DNA from: a virus
Direction: 5' to 3' (one strand)
Length of the DNA: 60,388 nucleotides
Virus record (IMG/VR): IMGVR_UViG_3300045988_119780
Coordinates: 1 to 60,388 of that record
This document shows, piece after piece, positions 26,154 through 36,648 of this stretch (position 1 is its first letter; each line of letters begins with the position of its first letter). Position numbers and translations under genes: made by a program. Under the pieces are notes generated by a model, which saw only the letters and a program-made list of their open reading frames with translations, was not told the origin of the DNA and did no database searches.

Positions 26154-28592
26154 TTATCTCCCCTTCAATGGAATTTCAAAAACAGGTTCGATTCTATTAC
26201 CGCCACTGCCGTTAGTGTTCGCACAATTGAAGGACACTAGCAGCTTGCCATCTCTGTATGACAATGCTTCGGGTTCAACTACGTTGCAGTCAGCTGGAGT
26301 GTGGATATAGTCCAGGAAGTTGTATTCCAGTTCGAAGACTTGTCCTTTATGCTCCATGTTAATTCCATAGAGTACCCGTCTGTCGTGCATATCATAGTCA
26401 CCGCTATGCCAAAATACGTATGGATATTTGATCGCTGGAGACTGCCAAGTTTGAGCTTGTGGATTCCAGCCATAATCAGTAAGCAATGTGTTTTGAGTTG
26501 GCTTAAAGTTGCCTGCCATTAAGTCAGTAAGCTTGACAGTGTAAGCATGCCAATCTTTACTGAATACTACCACACAATAACCGCTGTCATTGTCTAAGCT
26601 TGTATAGAAATAGTCGGGACTTGTATAGCCAATCTTGAAATCATCACGGCTGGTCTTGTTGTCTGAAACCTTAACATTGGTTTGCTTCAACATAAACTTA
26701 ATCTGTGTAAATCTATACTTATTGTTGGAATCGTCATTATTGTACGTGTTCATGTAGACATAGCAGTAATCGCTGTTTACTTCCTGCACGCCAAAGCAAG
26801 AGCCGTGACCACCGCTTGCAATCCTGGCTGAACCTAAGACAGTGCCATTCGTAGAATAGTGAATCAATGCACAGTCATTGTCATACTTATTCAATCCGTC
26901 CTTCATGTTTTCAAGAGAGTATGTAGCTACAAATGAACCGTCACTCAGCCGACAAGCGTTCTGTAAGGCAGCCTGGTGGCCGAATGCTTCGTGCGGTAAT
27001 TGAGCTACGCTTACGCTAGCTGTCTGGTCTGGATATATTTCAGCATCGCTGGTAAGGTAGTCGTTATCGACTTGTGCTCTATAGTTGCCCAGGTCTTTGC
27101 TAGTCAATGTCTGGGAGTAGCCATACAATGTCTTTTCGTATTCGCCAACTGAACTGTCATCGACCACACCATCTAAGCTTATTGTGTCTGACTTGTATTT
27201 CAAAAACTCGAAGCCTTGATTTTGAATATAACCGCTGATATTAGTTCCCATCGACCAAGCTTGAATATAGAATCTCTTAGTTTGGTCACTGCCCTTAAAG
27301 TCAGTACCATCCGGAGTGAGCACAGAAACTGAAATGTTTGCAGCATCATCCTTAGCCGCTTTAAGAGCCTTCTGAATGTTAGTACTATAGTTAGCCAGCC
27401 ATGCAGGCGTAACCCGTCTAACGGTCACAAATTCACCAAATGAGACAGTGTTTTGACTTGGGTCAGCAAATGAGAATGTTTTACTGATTACTCTTTGGTA
27501 GGTAGTGATTTCCGGGTCAGCCAAAAAGTCTTTAGTCCGTACAGTAGCGCCCAGCTTAGGATTAAAGGTGTGGGTGCATTGCAAGGTGTAGCTGATTCTT
27601 GGGTGATTGTACATCTTTAAAAGCTTAGCGCCGTACATCATTAGCCCAGCTGCATCTGTAATACTGTCTGTGGTAATCACACCATCAAGCCAGTGCTTGC
27701 CGTCACTGTATTCAGCGTTTGCATCAGCATCGTAGACATAAGAAAAGCCCTTATCATGTTTGATAGGGCCGGAGGTGTAATTGTCAGCTTTCGCCATTGT
27801 TTCGCCGTTAGGCCCCATGACAGTAAGCCGTGTAATAACGTCACCGTTTGTTTGTTGACTGAGGGCTGTTACGTTCTTGCCTACATATGCTTCGCCATAA
27901 TAGCCAGAGTCAATTTCTGGAGCTACTTGAAAAATCTTTTTGGCTACATAGTTTCCTTTGTACTCTACGTAAAAGTCGCACTCAAGATTGTATTGCTGCA
28001 AGAGCGTTTGAAGCATTGCTGAACTTTTAGTATTTGTGTTGAACTCCACATCACTAGTAACAGAATAATTCTGAATTGCACTAAAGTCTGCATTCCAGTC
28101 CATATCCTGCAAGAGCCAATAGAAAGCTGTCTTTGCTGATGCACTCTTCATTGACTTCTTCTGTGTCATTCTGTAGTGCAAATCCCACAAGCCCAGGTTA
28201 ACCAGCTGGGCAGTGAGCACGTGAGCACCACTAGCATTCAAAGTTCTTTCCACATTCCAAATTTTCATCACATACCAGCGCTCTTGAGGTTCGTCATAGT
28301 ATGCTAAGCAATTGCCAATCTTGATTTTTTCTGAGTCAGTGCCTGGCTTTTCAAGAACTGAAATGCTACCGGAGTGGTCAAAATTCTTTGATTCAGCATT
28401 AAGATTAGGATTGCTTTCATTTGCTGGGGCTTGAGGTGATTCACCGTATGATGATGATGATTGGTCTGCGTCTGCTACCTGGTGCGTAATCGTATCGCCG
28501 TAAAATTCAGTCTTGCCGCCAATCTTCAAAACGCCAATCGCCATCAAGTCTTCGTTCAAAATCCGGTATTGTCCGTATTCGCTTACTGCCAT
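26154..28592 (-). CDS. Tail-associated lysin / baseplate hub (Tal-like)
   Basis: 812 aa; called by its position between Dit and the fibre, and by size. Confidence 0.55.
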   Translation of the reverse strand: MAVSEYGQYRILNEDLMAIGVLKIGGKTEFYGDTITHQVADADQSSSSYGESPQAPANESNPNLNAESKNFDHSGSISVLEKPGTDSEKIKIGNCLAYYDEPQERWYVMKIWNVERTLNASGAHVLTAQLVNLGLWDLHYRMTQKKSMKSASAKTAFYWLLQDMDWNADFSAIQNYSVTSDVEFNTNTKSSAMLQTLLQQYNLECDFYVEYKGNYVAKKIFQVAPEIDSGYYGEAYVGKNVTALSQQTNGDVITRLTVMGPNGETMAKADNYTSGPIKHDKGFSYVYDADANAEYSDGKHWLDGVITTDSITDAAGLMMYGAKLLKMYNHPRISYTLQCTHTFNPKLGATVRTKDFLADPEITTYQRVISKTFSFADPSQNTVSFGEFVTVRRVTPAWLANYSTNIQKALKAAKDDAANISVSVLTPDGTDFKGSDQTKRFYIQAWSMGTNISGYIQNQGFEFLKYKSDTISLDGVVDDSSVGEYEKTLYGYSQTLTSKDLGNYRAQVDNDYLTSDAEIYPDQTASVSVAQLPHEAFGHQAALQNACRLSDGSFVATYSLENMKDGLNKYDNDCALIHYSTNGTVLGSARIASGGHGSCFGVQEVNSDYCYVYMNTYNNDDSNNKYRFTQIKFMLKQTNVKVSDNKTSRDDFKIGYTSPDYFYTSLDNDSGYCVVVFSKDWHAYTVKLTDLMAGNFKPTQNTLLTDYGWNPQAQTWQSPAIKYPYVFWHSGDYDMHDRRVLYGINMEHKGQVFELEYNFLDYIHTPADCNVVEPEALSYRDGKLLVSFNCANTNGSGGNRIEPVFEIPLKGR

Positions 28593-28606
28593 TTAATCAC
28601 GCTCCT

Positions 28607-30814
28607 TTAAAGCATTCTTGGTGCCCATTCAATCTTGTATGTTGCTCCAGTCAAGTCTCCATCACTCTTAAAATGCAGAGTGTTAATTTTCTGTGGAGTA
28701 AGTGTAGGATAGTTAGTCCCCCAAGAAGGCTGGGCTGCTACGTCGTTCTTTTCAACCTTAGTTTCAATCGAACTAAAGGTTACATGGTCGCCACTTGAGA
28801 TAGTTACGTTGGGATAGGTCTTAATATCCCTCGGTGCATACCTGCTGTAGTACTCTTGGTTCATTGCCCAGATTGAACAATGTGTCATACTCAATGAACA
28901 AGACCTATAGATTTCAAATGGAGTAACCGTATCTTCCATAATTGAGTGCTTAAAGAATCCACAAGCTACACGATTTAATGAAACGTCTCCAGTTGGAACG
29001 TTCGGCACTGGCGTACTCTTATACTTTGTGAATGACCAACCACCCTTCATGTGATTTCCATTGCTGTCCAGCTTGTAAGCTTCGATGTAGAACTTACCAA
29101 ACTCCCGGCTGAGAGTAACTTCAATCCACCCGTTAGTAAATGCGTTTTCCTCGTTCTTAGTCTTTTCAGTGTAATAACTGTATTGGTATGATGTTTTCTT
29201 TTCCGGCCTAGTAGTCGTGCTTGTGCTTGAACTAGAGTGAGAAGTAATTGCCCTGCTCTTGCCCCTTCTCTTTGTCTTAGAGGTTCGTGTGGTTGATGAG
29301 GTAGACCTTCTTGAAGTCTTGCTTACAACCTTCCGGACAATTGTTGTGATTGATTTGGTCTTGTATGGAACTCTAACGATCTGGTCGTTTCTCTTGGTCT
29401 GACCTCTAAGAGCAGCCTTGGAATCACTTACCAGAGTAAGCACATTTGCTTTGTCACTCCATGCACTACCAGGTTTACAAAATTGCATAATCAGAGTTGG
29501 GGCTTCACCAGTTGATGAATCTTTAATCCCAGCTCTAAAGAATGCGTTGTTGCTTGCATCCAGCAGCAGAAACTCAATATCGCCCATGGCTCTAGCATTA
29601 TGTGGGTGTCCATTGCCATACTTTGTATGGTGGATTCTAAAAGTGATCTTGAAATTATTCATGGTCGTGCTCGTATCAGCTGGAATAATCCCAGTGCTTA
29701 CGATTACAGGACCATACCACGGAGTACCATTAGGCACACCATTTTTGGTTGTTCTCATCACCTCGTCAGTCCCATAATTTTGGACGCTATAGCTCTTGCC
29801 GTCAGTCGCTTTTAATTCCTTGTTTTTAGGATATTCACTAGGTTTATAACCCTTTACCTTACGAGTGCCTACGGTAATCTTCGTACCCTCGGTCGTAACT
29901 GACCCGCCAATTGTTTGACCTACTGAATCGTGTCCCCATTGAAGGTTTGCAAAGTTCTGTGAGATAGTAGTTTGGTCAGTTACCCAGTTTGCCAATGTCC
30001 CCGATACTGAGTTAGCAATATCAACAAGATTAGTTGGATCCCACTTTGTTGGAATCAGATTGTTTGTTTCTGACGTACCACTTGAGCTAGACCAGCCACC
30101 TACTTCAGAGCTGTCATCGCCAATTGCCATGACACCACCACTGTCAGTAATAAAGCCTACATGATGAGCCGCCTTGTTGCTGGCGTATAAGACTTGGGCT
30201 TCAAACTCAGCTGGGGCTGTACCATCATTGTAATTAATCTTTACCTCTGCATTATCGTTTGAAGTAAACACGCCTTGTACTGTATGCATAGGTAGATAAG
30301 CCCGTGGGTCGGAACACTCAAACGTAATGTCACAGGTGAAGTCTCTGGTCTCATCATCATGCAGATATTGCGGAGCGCCAATACTAGTAACGTGACCAAT
30401 ATAGCGCTTGTGTGCATGATAGCCGAAGCCAGATACACTTTCATTACCAAATACTAATTCGTATTCTAGCGTTGGATTGCTAGGATTAAACTTGATAAAG
30501 GCCTGGGCAATATTTTCTCTGATTTCTTGCTCTAACCGTTCATCAGTCCCACACTTTGCAAAGATCTGAAAGTTGATTTCCCTGCTTTCATAATTCATGC
30601 CTTCATAGAAATTCCCGTACTTGCCTGGAATACTTTCATTGATGGCACTCATGGTTGGCCCAATAGAGATCGAACTTTTGACTGGCCGAACCTTAATATC
30701 CTTGATAAAAGACAGCCCGTTAATCCAAGCATCATCATTACTAATGGTGTCTGGATCAATAGGTGTGTGATGTTCCATATCAATCATGAGTTCACCCCTA
30801 AATTTAATACCCAC
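28607..30814 (-). CDS. Distal tail protein (evolved Dit with large insertions)
   Basis: 735 aa, directly after the tape measure gene. Contains a basic Ser/Thr tract SKTSRRSTSSTTRTSKTKRRGKSRAITSHSSSSTSTTTRP. Confidence 0.6.
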   Translation of the reverse strand: MGIKFRGELMIDMEHHTPIDPDTISNDDAWINGLSFIKDIKVRPVKSSISIGPTMSAINESIPGKYGNFYEGMNYESREINFQIFAKCGTDERLEQEIRENIAQAFIKFNPSNPTLEYELVFGNESVSGFGYHAHKRYIGHVTSIGAPQYLHDDETRDFTCDITFECSDPRAYLPMHTVQGVFTSNDNAEVKINYNDGTAPAEFEAQVLYASNKAAHHVGFITDSGGVMAIGDDSSEVGGWSSSSGTSETNNLIPTKWDPTNLVDIANSVSGTLANWVTDQTTISQNFANLQWGHDSVGQTIGGSVTTEGTKITVGTRKVKGYKPSEYPKNKELKATDGKSYSVQNYGTDEVMRTTKNGVPNGTPWYGPVIVSTGIIPADTSTTMNNFKITFRIHHTKYGNGHPHNARAMGDIEFLLLDASNNAFFRAGIKDSSTGEAPTLIMQFCKPGSAWSDKANVLTLVSDSKAALRGQTKRNDQIVRVPYKTKSITTIVRKVVSKTSRRSTSSTTRTSKTKRRGKSRAITSHSSSSTSTTTRPEKKTSYQYSYYTEKTKNEENAFTNGWIEVTLSREFGKFYIEAYKLDSNGNHMKGGWSFTKYKSTPVPNVPTGDVSLNRVACGFFKHSIMEDTVTPFEIYRSCSLSMTHCSIWAMNQEYYSRYAPRDIKTYPNVTISSGDHVTFSSIETKVEKNDVAAQPSWGTNYPTLTPQKINTLHFKSDGDLTGATYKIEWAPRML

Positions 30815-30854
30815 CCTATCCCGTGGCTATAATGCCACACTCGCTTATTAATTG

Positions 30855-33800
30855 TTAGTAGAGCATCTTAGTTTTTAGCTCTTGATTTTTCTTGTATTTA
30901 TTTAATGCTGAGTAAGCTTGAGCAGTGCCCATGATTGCAGGAACTGGATTATCTTGATTACTGATTACTTGCTTGAGCTGACCCAGCACTGTGGTAAATT
31001 GGTTAATCAAAATATCAAGCTTATCTTCAACATTCGTGTTCACGTGCTGAACGCCTCGACTAGATTCAGCATTGAACTTATTAACCACTTGCTGAGCCAA
31101 TTGCATAGCACGTGGGCGCTTGAGTGGCGAGAGTGGAATAATCATTTCTGGGTTATTTCCTTCTGCCACATGAGCAATTTGGTCTCTAGTTACCAAGCCG
31201 CCGTTTGCATAACCACTAGATGCTACACGAGCAAATGCGGCATCAGACGTCCCATATCTATGCTTGATATAGTTGATTGCAGCAAGCAGGTTGTCAAAAC
31301 CATTATAAATATCATTGTGGCCTTTTAATTTGTAAGCATTAAAAGTTGGCCCAATAGTTTGCATCAAACCTTTAGATGGAATGCCAGCTTTAGCGTTGCT
31401 ATCCCAAAGGTTAATTGCTCTAGGATTACCACCAGATTCACGTTGAATAGTGGCAAGAATTTTACTTATTCTGTAGCTTGTTGCATCGATGCCGTTAGCC
31501 TTTAAGGCTTTAGCTACATATGACTTCCAGCGCATAACGCCAGCCCCACCTGGGTTTGCCACACTCTCTACAGCATCATCTAACGCCTTATAAGCCTTCT
31601 TGAAAATGCCCTTGATGAAGTTAATGGTGTTCTTCTTGAACATACCCTTCAGCTTGACCATTTCATTGATCTTTGCAAATGGATAAGCCGTCTTAGGTGC
31701 ATCCCACTTAGTGCTGAATAGTTTGTTAACCCATTCCACCGGAGACTTCAACATGTTCTTGATTGCCTTAGGAATCTTCTTGAGTACCTTGTCACTAGCT
31801 TTCTTGATGTTGTCTAACCAACTACTCAATACCGAAGTCCCCTTAGCATATCCTGGCAAGACACCAGAGTAGCTACCGCTCATCAAACGCTTAGTGTCTC
31901 TAGCGTTTAAGACTTGTTCACCAGCTCTAAGGTGTGTAAACTCAGCACCACCTACACCGACAACTCTTACGTTGTCAGCATATGGAGTGTAGACCAGTTC
32001 TGGGCCTGCTTCACCCACAAGGGCTAAGCCGTTGCGAGCCACCCCACCAGTTGCGTAACTGTTAGCTGAGATATGTGGCGATTTCTTAGGTGTAGTCTTG
32101 GCAATTGGTATTGGCTTTTGACCAAAGAATTTAAGGACTGCGTTCCAAGCATCCAGGATTGATTTCGTTACACCAGTTGCGTTTACAGCTTGTGCATTGT
32201 AAGAATCAATGCTGTTGTTACCTTGACTGACAATGTGCTTGCTTACTCCCTTGCTCTGGCTTTCAGCATATTCAACTGTCTTGTCGTGTTGCTGTTTAGC
32301 TTGCTTTACCACGCCTCTCCTGGCTGCATCAGCCGCATCAATCTTAGCTGTCTTTTCATCTAAAGCTTTACGCTTGAGTGACTTGTACTGAGATTCACTG
32401 ATTGTCTTACTATCATCACGAAGGTGTTTAAGAGCACTAACTCTGCCCTTATATTCATCCTTTGCTGACTGGACCGTCTTATCGTGTTGCTTGTTAGCAT
32501 TCTTGATGGTATTATTGGCAGTCTTAGCGCTGTCCTTAATTAGCTGGCCTGCTTCCTTTTCAGAAAGCTTGCCTTTTTGTCTGACAATACTCTTCATCTT
32601 GGACAGCTGCTTATTGTTGCTAGTGTTCCAAGTTTTTTCAAGAGCTTTAGTTAAGGCTTTCTCGTTTCTCTTTCTACTTGCCGCATACTTAGAATCGATT
32701 TCACGTAATTTGTTTTTAAGATTGTTTTCAGCAAACTCTTGGCTAACGCCTTTTTTCTTTACTTCCTTGTAGTATTGGTCGTAAGCTTTAGCCCGTTCCC
32801 TAGTTTCAGCTTTGGTATCCTTAACTAATTTATCTGTAACTTTTTTATTATTCTTTTGGCGATTAGTGTCAGCCTTTTCAATATCTTGAATTGCCTTGCC
32901 ATATTGCTTCTTATTGATAAGGCCACTCTTTAACGCAAAGTCAAGGGCTTTCTTTTCACTCTTCATGCGAGCAGTTGAAGCCCTGTCAGCAGACTTCTGC
33001 ATACTCCTGTACATGTTGTCAAGAGCAGCACCAGTTTTCTTAATAGAATTGCTATTTACGCCAACCTTCAATTCAATGTTTTTTGTTCTCAGCTTTTTAA
33101 TGGTATTTGCCAGCCCCTCGGCAGCCTTAGTTTGGCTAGTATCAAGCACACTGCGCTTTCTCTTTGCCTCGGTTTGCTTAGTTGGAATAATTTCACCAAC
33201 GGTGTTCCCCAACATTGCACCCAAACTTGCACCATACGGGCCTAATGCTAACCCGGCAATTGTGCCGATGCCCATGCCTACCGTACGGTTGCGCTTAGTT
33301 TGCGCTGATTGCTTTTGATTAGAATTAGGAACAATTTTGCTAAGGCCCATACCCGCAAGTGAGCCAAGCATTGCACCTTCTACAGGATGGCCTACCAGCA
33401 TACCGATAGAGCCACCAGCTAACATGCCGGCTACATTCCATGCGCTGCTTTGGCGTACTTTTTTAGATGATGACGTAAGCATCTCGATGATACTCTTAGA
33501 CATGTCGAATGCTAAAAAAGCATAGTTCAAACCACCAAGTATTTTTCCGCCTATTGCAAGACCCTTAGCCCACAGGCTACGGGATTTTACTACGCCTTCG
33601 GCTGCGCCTTCAACGCCTTTAGCTAAGCCACCGGATTTCTCTACAGCTTCGCCCATTCCTTGGGCAAGTTTTGATCCAGCTTGCTTTACTGCTCCAGATT
33701 CTGCCGCACCTGCGCTAACCTCTTCAGCAATTGCCTTACCCTCTTCTCTGGCGTAAGGAATAACCGACGTTCCCTTGCCTGCATTTTCAGCACCATAAGC

Positions 33801-36428
33801 AACCTTCTCTGCAGCCTTACCACCTTTATCATAATTAATGATAGGCAGGTCAGAGTTAGCACCTTCTACGCCGGCTGGGGATTTCTGCCCAAGCGGTCCG
33901 TGCTCTGATTTGTAAGCCGTAGCATCAGCCACCTGTTGAGCGTAATTCAATACGTCAATCTGCTTTTGCTGAATCTGACTAAGCAAGTCATTTGTGGTTT
34001 TCAGTTCAGAGTTAACACCCATGAGCTGAGTTTGTTCGGTAGTCAGCTTCGAGCCAAACAAACCTTCCTTAGCCATCGCTCTAAAGTCTCTAAACCCAGC
34101 AATCGTCCAGCCAAATACTGCGTTAAATAATTTGGCAGCACCTGCACCGGCAATAAACCAGCCTGCTATTCTGCCCATCCATTTAGCGCCGTCTCCCTTG
34201 TTGCCGGACAGCATATCAAAGAGCTTAATTACTGGACCAAAGACTACTTTGGTTACCTTACCAATATCCTTAACCCCAGCGACAGCACCTTCCAGGAATT
34301 TGAGGATTGAGCCAGACCGTTTTGTAATCCCAGTAAGCAAGCCACTGACCATGCCAGTTACATCTTGAATGGTTTGCTTGCCTTCCTTGCTTACAGTCCA
34401 CTTGCCCAAAGCCCTTGCCACCTTGTTCACGGTCGGCAGCAGTTCTTTACCGATCATGATTCCAGTAGCCCACAAGGTTTCTTTCAATACAGCCATCTGG
34501 TTCTTGGTTGACTGCATGTTCTTCTTAGCCAAGCGGGTAATGTAGTCCCCAGATTCATCTCCCTTGATGTGCTTAATCAAGGTCGAGATGTTCTGGTCGT
34601 TGTGGGCTACTTCCCCAGCAGTCTTAGCCAAGTCTTGTGCAGCTTCCATACCAGTTGCACCGAAGACTGTCTTGTAGAACTTGGCCTTTTCTGTACCACT
34701 TTTGCCGCTAAGATGTGAATTGATCTTTTTAAAGATTTCACTGATTGAGAGCAGGTTGCCCTTTTGGTCGGTAAAGTCTTTCGTTGACAGCCCGATGCTC
34801 TTGAATGCACTTGCTGCATATTTGGTTGGGCCAGTCAATGAAGTAAGAACTTTACGCAGACCTGTACCTGCCCGGGTTCCATCTAAACCTCTGTTCGCCA
34901 ATTCACCCAAGGCTGCCGCTGTTTCTTCAACTGAGTATCCCACATTGTGAGCAGTACCGGAAACATAAGCAAGACCAGTACCCAAGTCTTTAAAACTCGT
35001 ACTCGTTCTGTCAGCGGCTGATGCAATTGCATTGTTAACTCGCTTGGAGTTTGCAGCCATCTTGGCAGCATTTTCAGCACGTAAGCCGAATGAGTCCAAG
35101 ACAGTTGAGGATACTCTAACGACATCTGAGAACTCGTCCCCAGATGCCTTTGCTGCTTTCAACATGGCATTCATGGAACCCAATGCAGCAGTCCCAGAAT
35201 AACCACGCTTGATTAATTCTTCGTACTGAGCGCCAATATCTTTTTGGCTTACCCCGTACTTGGTTGATAACGCCACGGCTTGTGACATCATCTTGTTCAT
35301 GTTTCTTATGGATTTGGCTGAGCCTTCGCCCGCCGTTTCCATAAGGTTTCGTACTTCAATGAATTTGTTCTGAACGTCAGATGCCTTCTTGACTAAGACA
35401 CCAGCCCCAGCACCCACACTCGCCAAAGCGCCGCCTACTGCCACGGCTGTAGACTTAGCTGAACTTGCCCAGTTCCGCAGGTGTTCGCTATTCTCTTTAA
35501 CAACATCCATCTTGGAACCAGCAGCACTGAAGAAACTGCCAATCTTAGTTGATGAGAAAGAGCCAGCGGCTTTTTTAGCATCTCTTAATGCTTGCGTAGT
35601 TTTCCGCAGCTGTTCTGACTGTTCGCCAATAGCCTTGCTTGATGCCCCCATTCGTTCGGTGAGACCTTGCATCTTTCCTTGGGCTTCGGTCAGTTCAGCA
35701 TTTTCAGCTTTAGTCAGCTTACCGTTCTTTGCTTTCTTTGCAGTTAATCTATCAACCGTAGCAGATTGCTTTTTAAACTGTTCAGTAAGCTCAGCATGGT
35801 GTGCTCTGTTCTGGTCCAGCACCATTGATTCTGCCTTGACTTGTTTACTCAAGCCCTTGACAGTTTGCTGTAAGCTCTCAACATGAGTACGATTGGCCCG
35901 ATAGAAATTACCGGACTTACGCAGTGATTCTTCAAGAGAAGTATAAGACTTTTGCAAGCCTTCATTGTGTGCTCTTAAAGCATCAACCCCAGTGGACAAT
36001 CTGAGAATCTGTTGGCGTGATTCCTCCATGTCCTTGTTGATTGCTTCAATTCTGATTAAGACGTTGGCAATTCTACGCTGGGTACTGGCGATCTGACTGT
36101 CTAGTTTATCGGAGCCTTTTCTGAACTGGTCCTGTGATTTTGCGCCATTGTCGAACTCTTTTCGCAGACGTGCTTGTTCAGCCCGTTGGTTAGCAAGCTT
36201 ATCTCTAAGCTTGTCAACCGCCAACATAGCTTCTTCTTCCTGTCTGCCTAAATCATGGATTCGTTGTCCATAGGCGCTCAGTGAACCTATTGAACGAGAC
36301 AGTTCGCTAAAGTTGGCTTCCATAACACGTTTCATAACCTTCACACGGTTATTGAAAGTGTTGATAGAGTTTATCGCTTGACGTGCATCAAGGTTGATAA
36401 CAAATTCATAACCAGAAATTCGTGTCAT
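30855..36428 (-). CDS. Tape measure protein with C-terminal lytic transglycosylase domain
   Basis: 1857 aa with coiled-coil and Gly-rich hydrophobic segments. SLT-like ATIQRESGGNPRAINLWDSNAKAGIPSKGLMQT. Confidence 0.9.
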   Translation of the reverse strand: MTRISGYEFVINLDARQAINSINTFNNRVKVMKRVMEANFSELSRSIGSLSAYGQRIHDLGRQEEEAMLAVDKLRDKLANQRAEQARLRKEFDNGAKSQDQFRKGSDKLDSQIASTQRRIANVLIRIEAINKDMEESRQQILRLSTGVDALRAHNEGLQKSYTSLEESLRKSGNFYRANRTHVESLQQTVKGLSKQVKAESMVLDQNRAHHAELTEQFKKQSATVDRLTAKKAKNGKLTKAENAELTEAQGKMQGLTERMGASSKAIGEQSEQLRKTTQALRDAKKAAGSFSSTKIGSFFSAAGSKMDVVKENSEHLRNWASSAKSTAVAVGGALASVGAGAGVLVKKASDVQNKFIEVRNLMETAGEGSAKSIRNMNKMMSQAVALSTKYGVSQKDIGAQYEELIKRGYSGTAALGSMNAMLKAAKASGDEFSDVVRVSSTVLDSFGLRAENAAKMAANSKRVNNAIASAADRTSTSFKDLGTGLAYVSGTAHNVGYSVEETAAALGELANRGLDGTRAGTGLRKVLTSLTGPTKYAASAFKSIGLSTKDFTDQKGNLLSISEIFKKINSHLSGKSGTEKAKFYKTVFGATGMEAAQDLAKTAGEVAHNDQNISTLIKHIKGDESGDYITRLAKKNMQSTKNQMAVLKETLWATGIMIGKELLPTVNKVARALGKWTVSKEGKQTIQDVTGMVSGLLTGITKRSGSILKFLEGAVAGVKDIGKVTKVVFGPVIKLFDMLSGNKGDGAKWMGRIAGWFIAGAGAAKLFNAVFGWTIAGFRDFRAMAKEGLFGSKLTTEQTQLMGVNSELKTTNDLLSQIQQKQIDVLNYAQQVADATAYKSEHGPLGQKSPAGVEGANSDLPIINYDKGGKAAEKVAYGAENAGKGTSVIPYAREEGKAIAEEVSAGAAESGAVKQAGSKLAQGMGEAVEKSGGLAKGVEGAAEGVVKSRSLWAKGLAIGGKILGGLNYAFLAFDMSKSIIEMLTSSSKKVRQSSAWNVAGMLAGGSIGMLVGHPVEGAMLGSLAGMGLSKIVPNSNQKQSAQTKRNRTVGMGIGTIAGLALGPYGASLGAMLGNTVGEIIPTKQTEAKRKRSVLDTSQTKAAEGLANTIKKLRTKNIELKVGVNSNSIKKTGAALDNMYRSMQKSADRASTARMKSEKKALDFALKSGLINKKQYGKAIQDIEKADTNRQKNNKKVTDKLVKDTKAETRERAKAYDQYYKEVKKKGVSQEFAENNLKNKLREIDSKYAASRKRNEKALTKALEKTWNTSNNKQLSKMKSIVRQKGKLSEKEAGQLIKDSAKTANNTIKNANKQHDKTVQSAKDEYKGRVSALKHLRDDSKTISESQYKSLKRKALDEKTAKIDAADAARRGVVKQAKQQHDKTVEYAESQSKGVSKHIVSQGNNSIDSYNAQAVNATGVTKSILDAWNAVLKFFGQKPIPIAKTTPKKSPHISANSYATGGVARNGLALVGEAGPELVYTPYADNVRVVGVGGAEFTHLRAGEQVLNARDTKRLMSGSYSGVLPGYAKGTSVLSSWLDNIKKASDKVLKKIPKAIKNMLKSPVEWVNKLFSTKWDAPKTAYPFAKINEMVKLKGMFKKNTINFIKGIFKKAYKALDDAVESVANPGGAGVMRWKSYVAKALKANGIDATSYRISKILATIQRESGGNPRAINLWDSNAKAGIPSKGLMQTIGPTFNAYKLKGHNDIYNGFDNLLAAINYIKHRYGTSDAAFARVASSGYANGGLVTRDQIAHVAEGNNPEMIIPLSPLKRPRAMQLAQQVVNKFNAESSRGVQHVNTNVEDKLDILINQFTTVLGQLKQVISNQDNPVPAIMGTAQAYSALNKYKKNQELKTKMLY

Positions 36429-36441
36429 AGCCTAGTCCTTT

Positions 36442-36648
36442 CTAGAGTGATTCAATAAAGTCACTTACTCGCCCAGGCCGCTTCTCTCGTGACTGTGCGT
36501 TCTGTGCTTCGATGTAGTCAGAGAAAGAACTGTTATAAAAATCAGTCGGCAAGATGTGGTAGTTAACCATCATCTGCTGTGCAAGATAATCAACGTCTTG
36601 TTCCAACTGATACAAGTCCCAGATTACTTGCCTTCTTCTTGTTTTGGG
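36442..36648 (-). CDS. gpT-like -1 frame extension of the tail chaperone (G-T fusion)
   Basis: The -1 frame is open from the heptamer to TAG at 36442-36444 (68 sense codons, ..IWDLYQLEQDVDYLAQQMMVNYH..) and has no start codon of its own. Confidence 0.6.
   Translation of the reverse strand, partial: PKTRRRQVIWDLYQLEQDVDYLAQQMMVNYHILPTDFYNSSFSDYIEAQNAQSREKRPGRVSDFIESL

Noticed and set aside
20179-36000. Many 60-190-aa plus-strand ORFs inside the fibre, Tal, Dit and tape measure genes (for example 25034..25618, 23204..23728, 35389..35886)
   Set aside because: These are antisense shadow ORFs of long minus-strand genes with repetitive, biased composition. They lack SDs and are low-complexity Ser/Leu/Val-rich translations.
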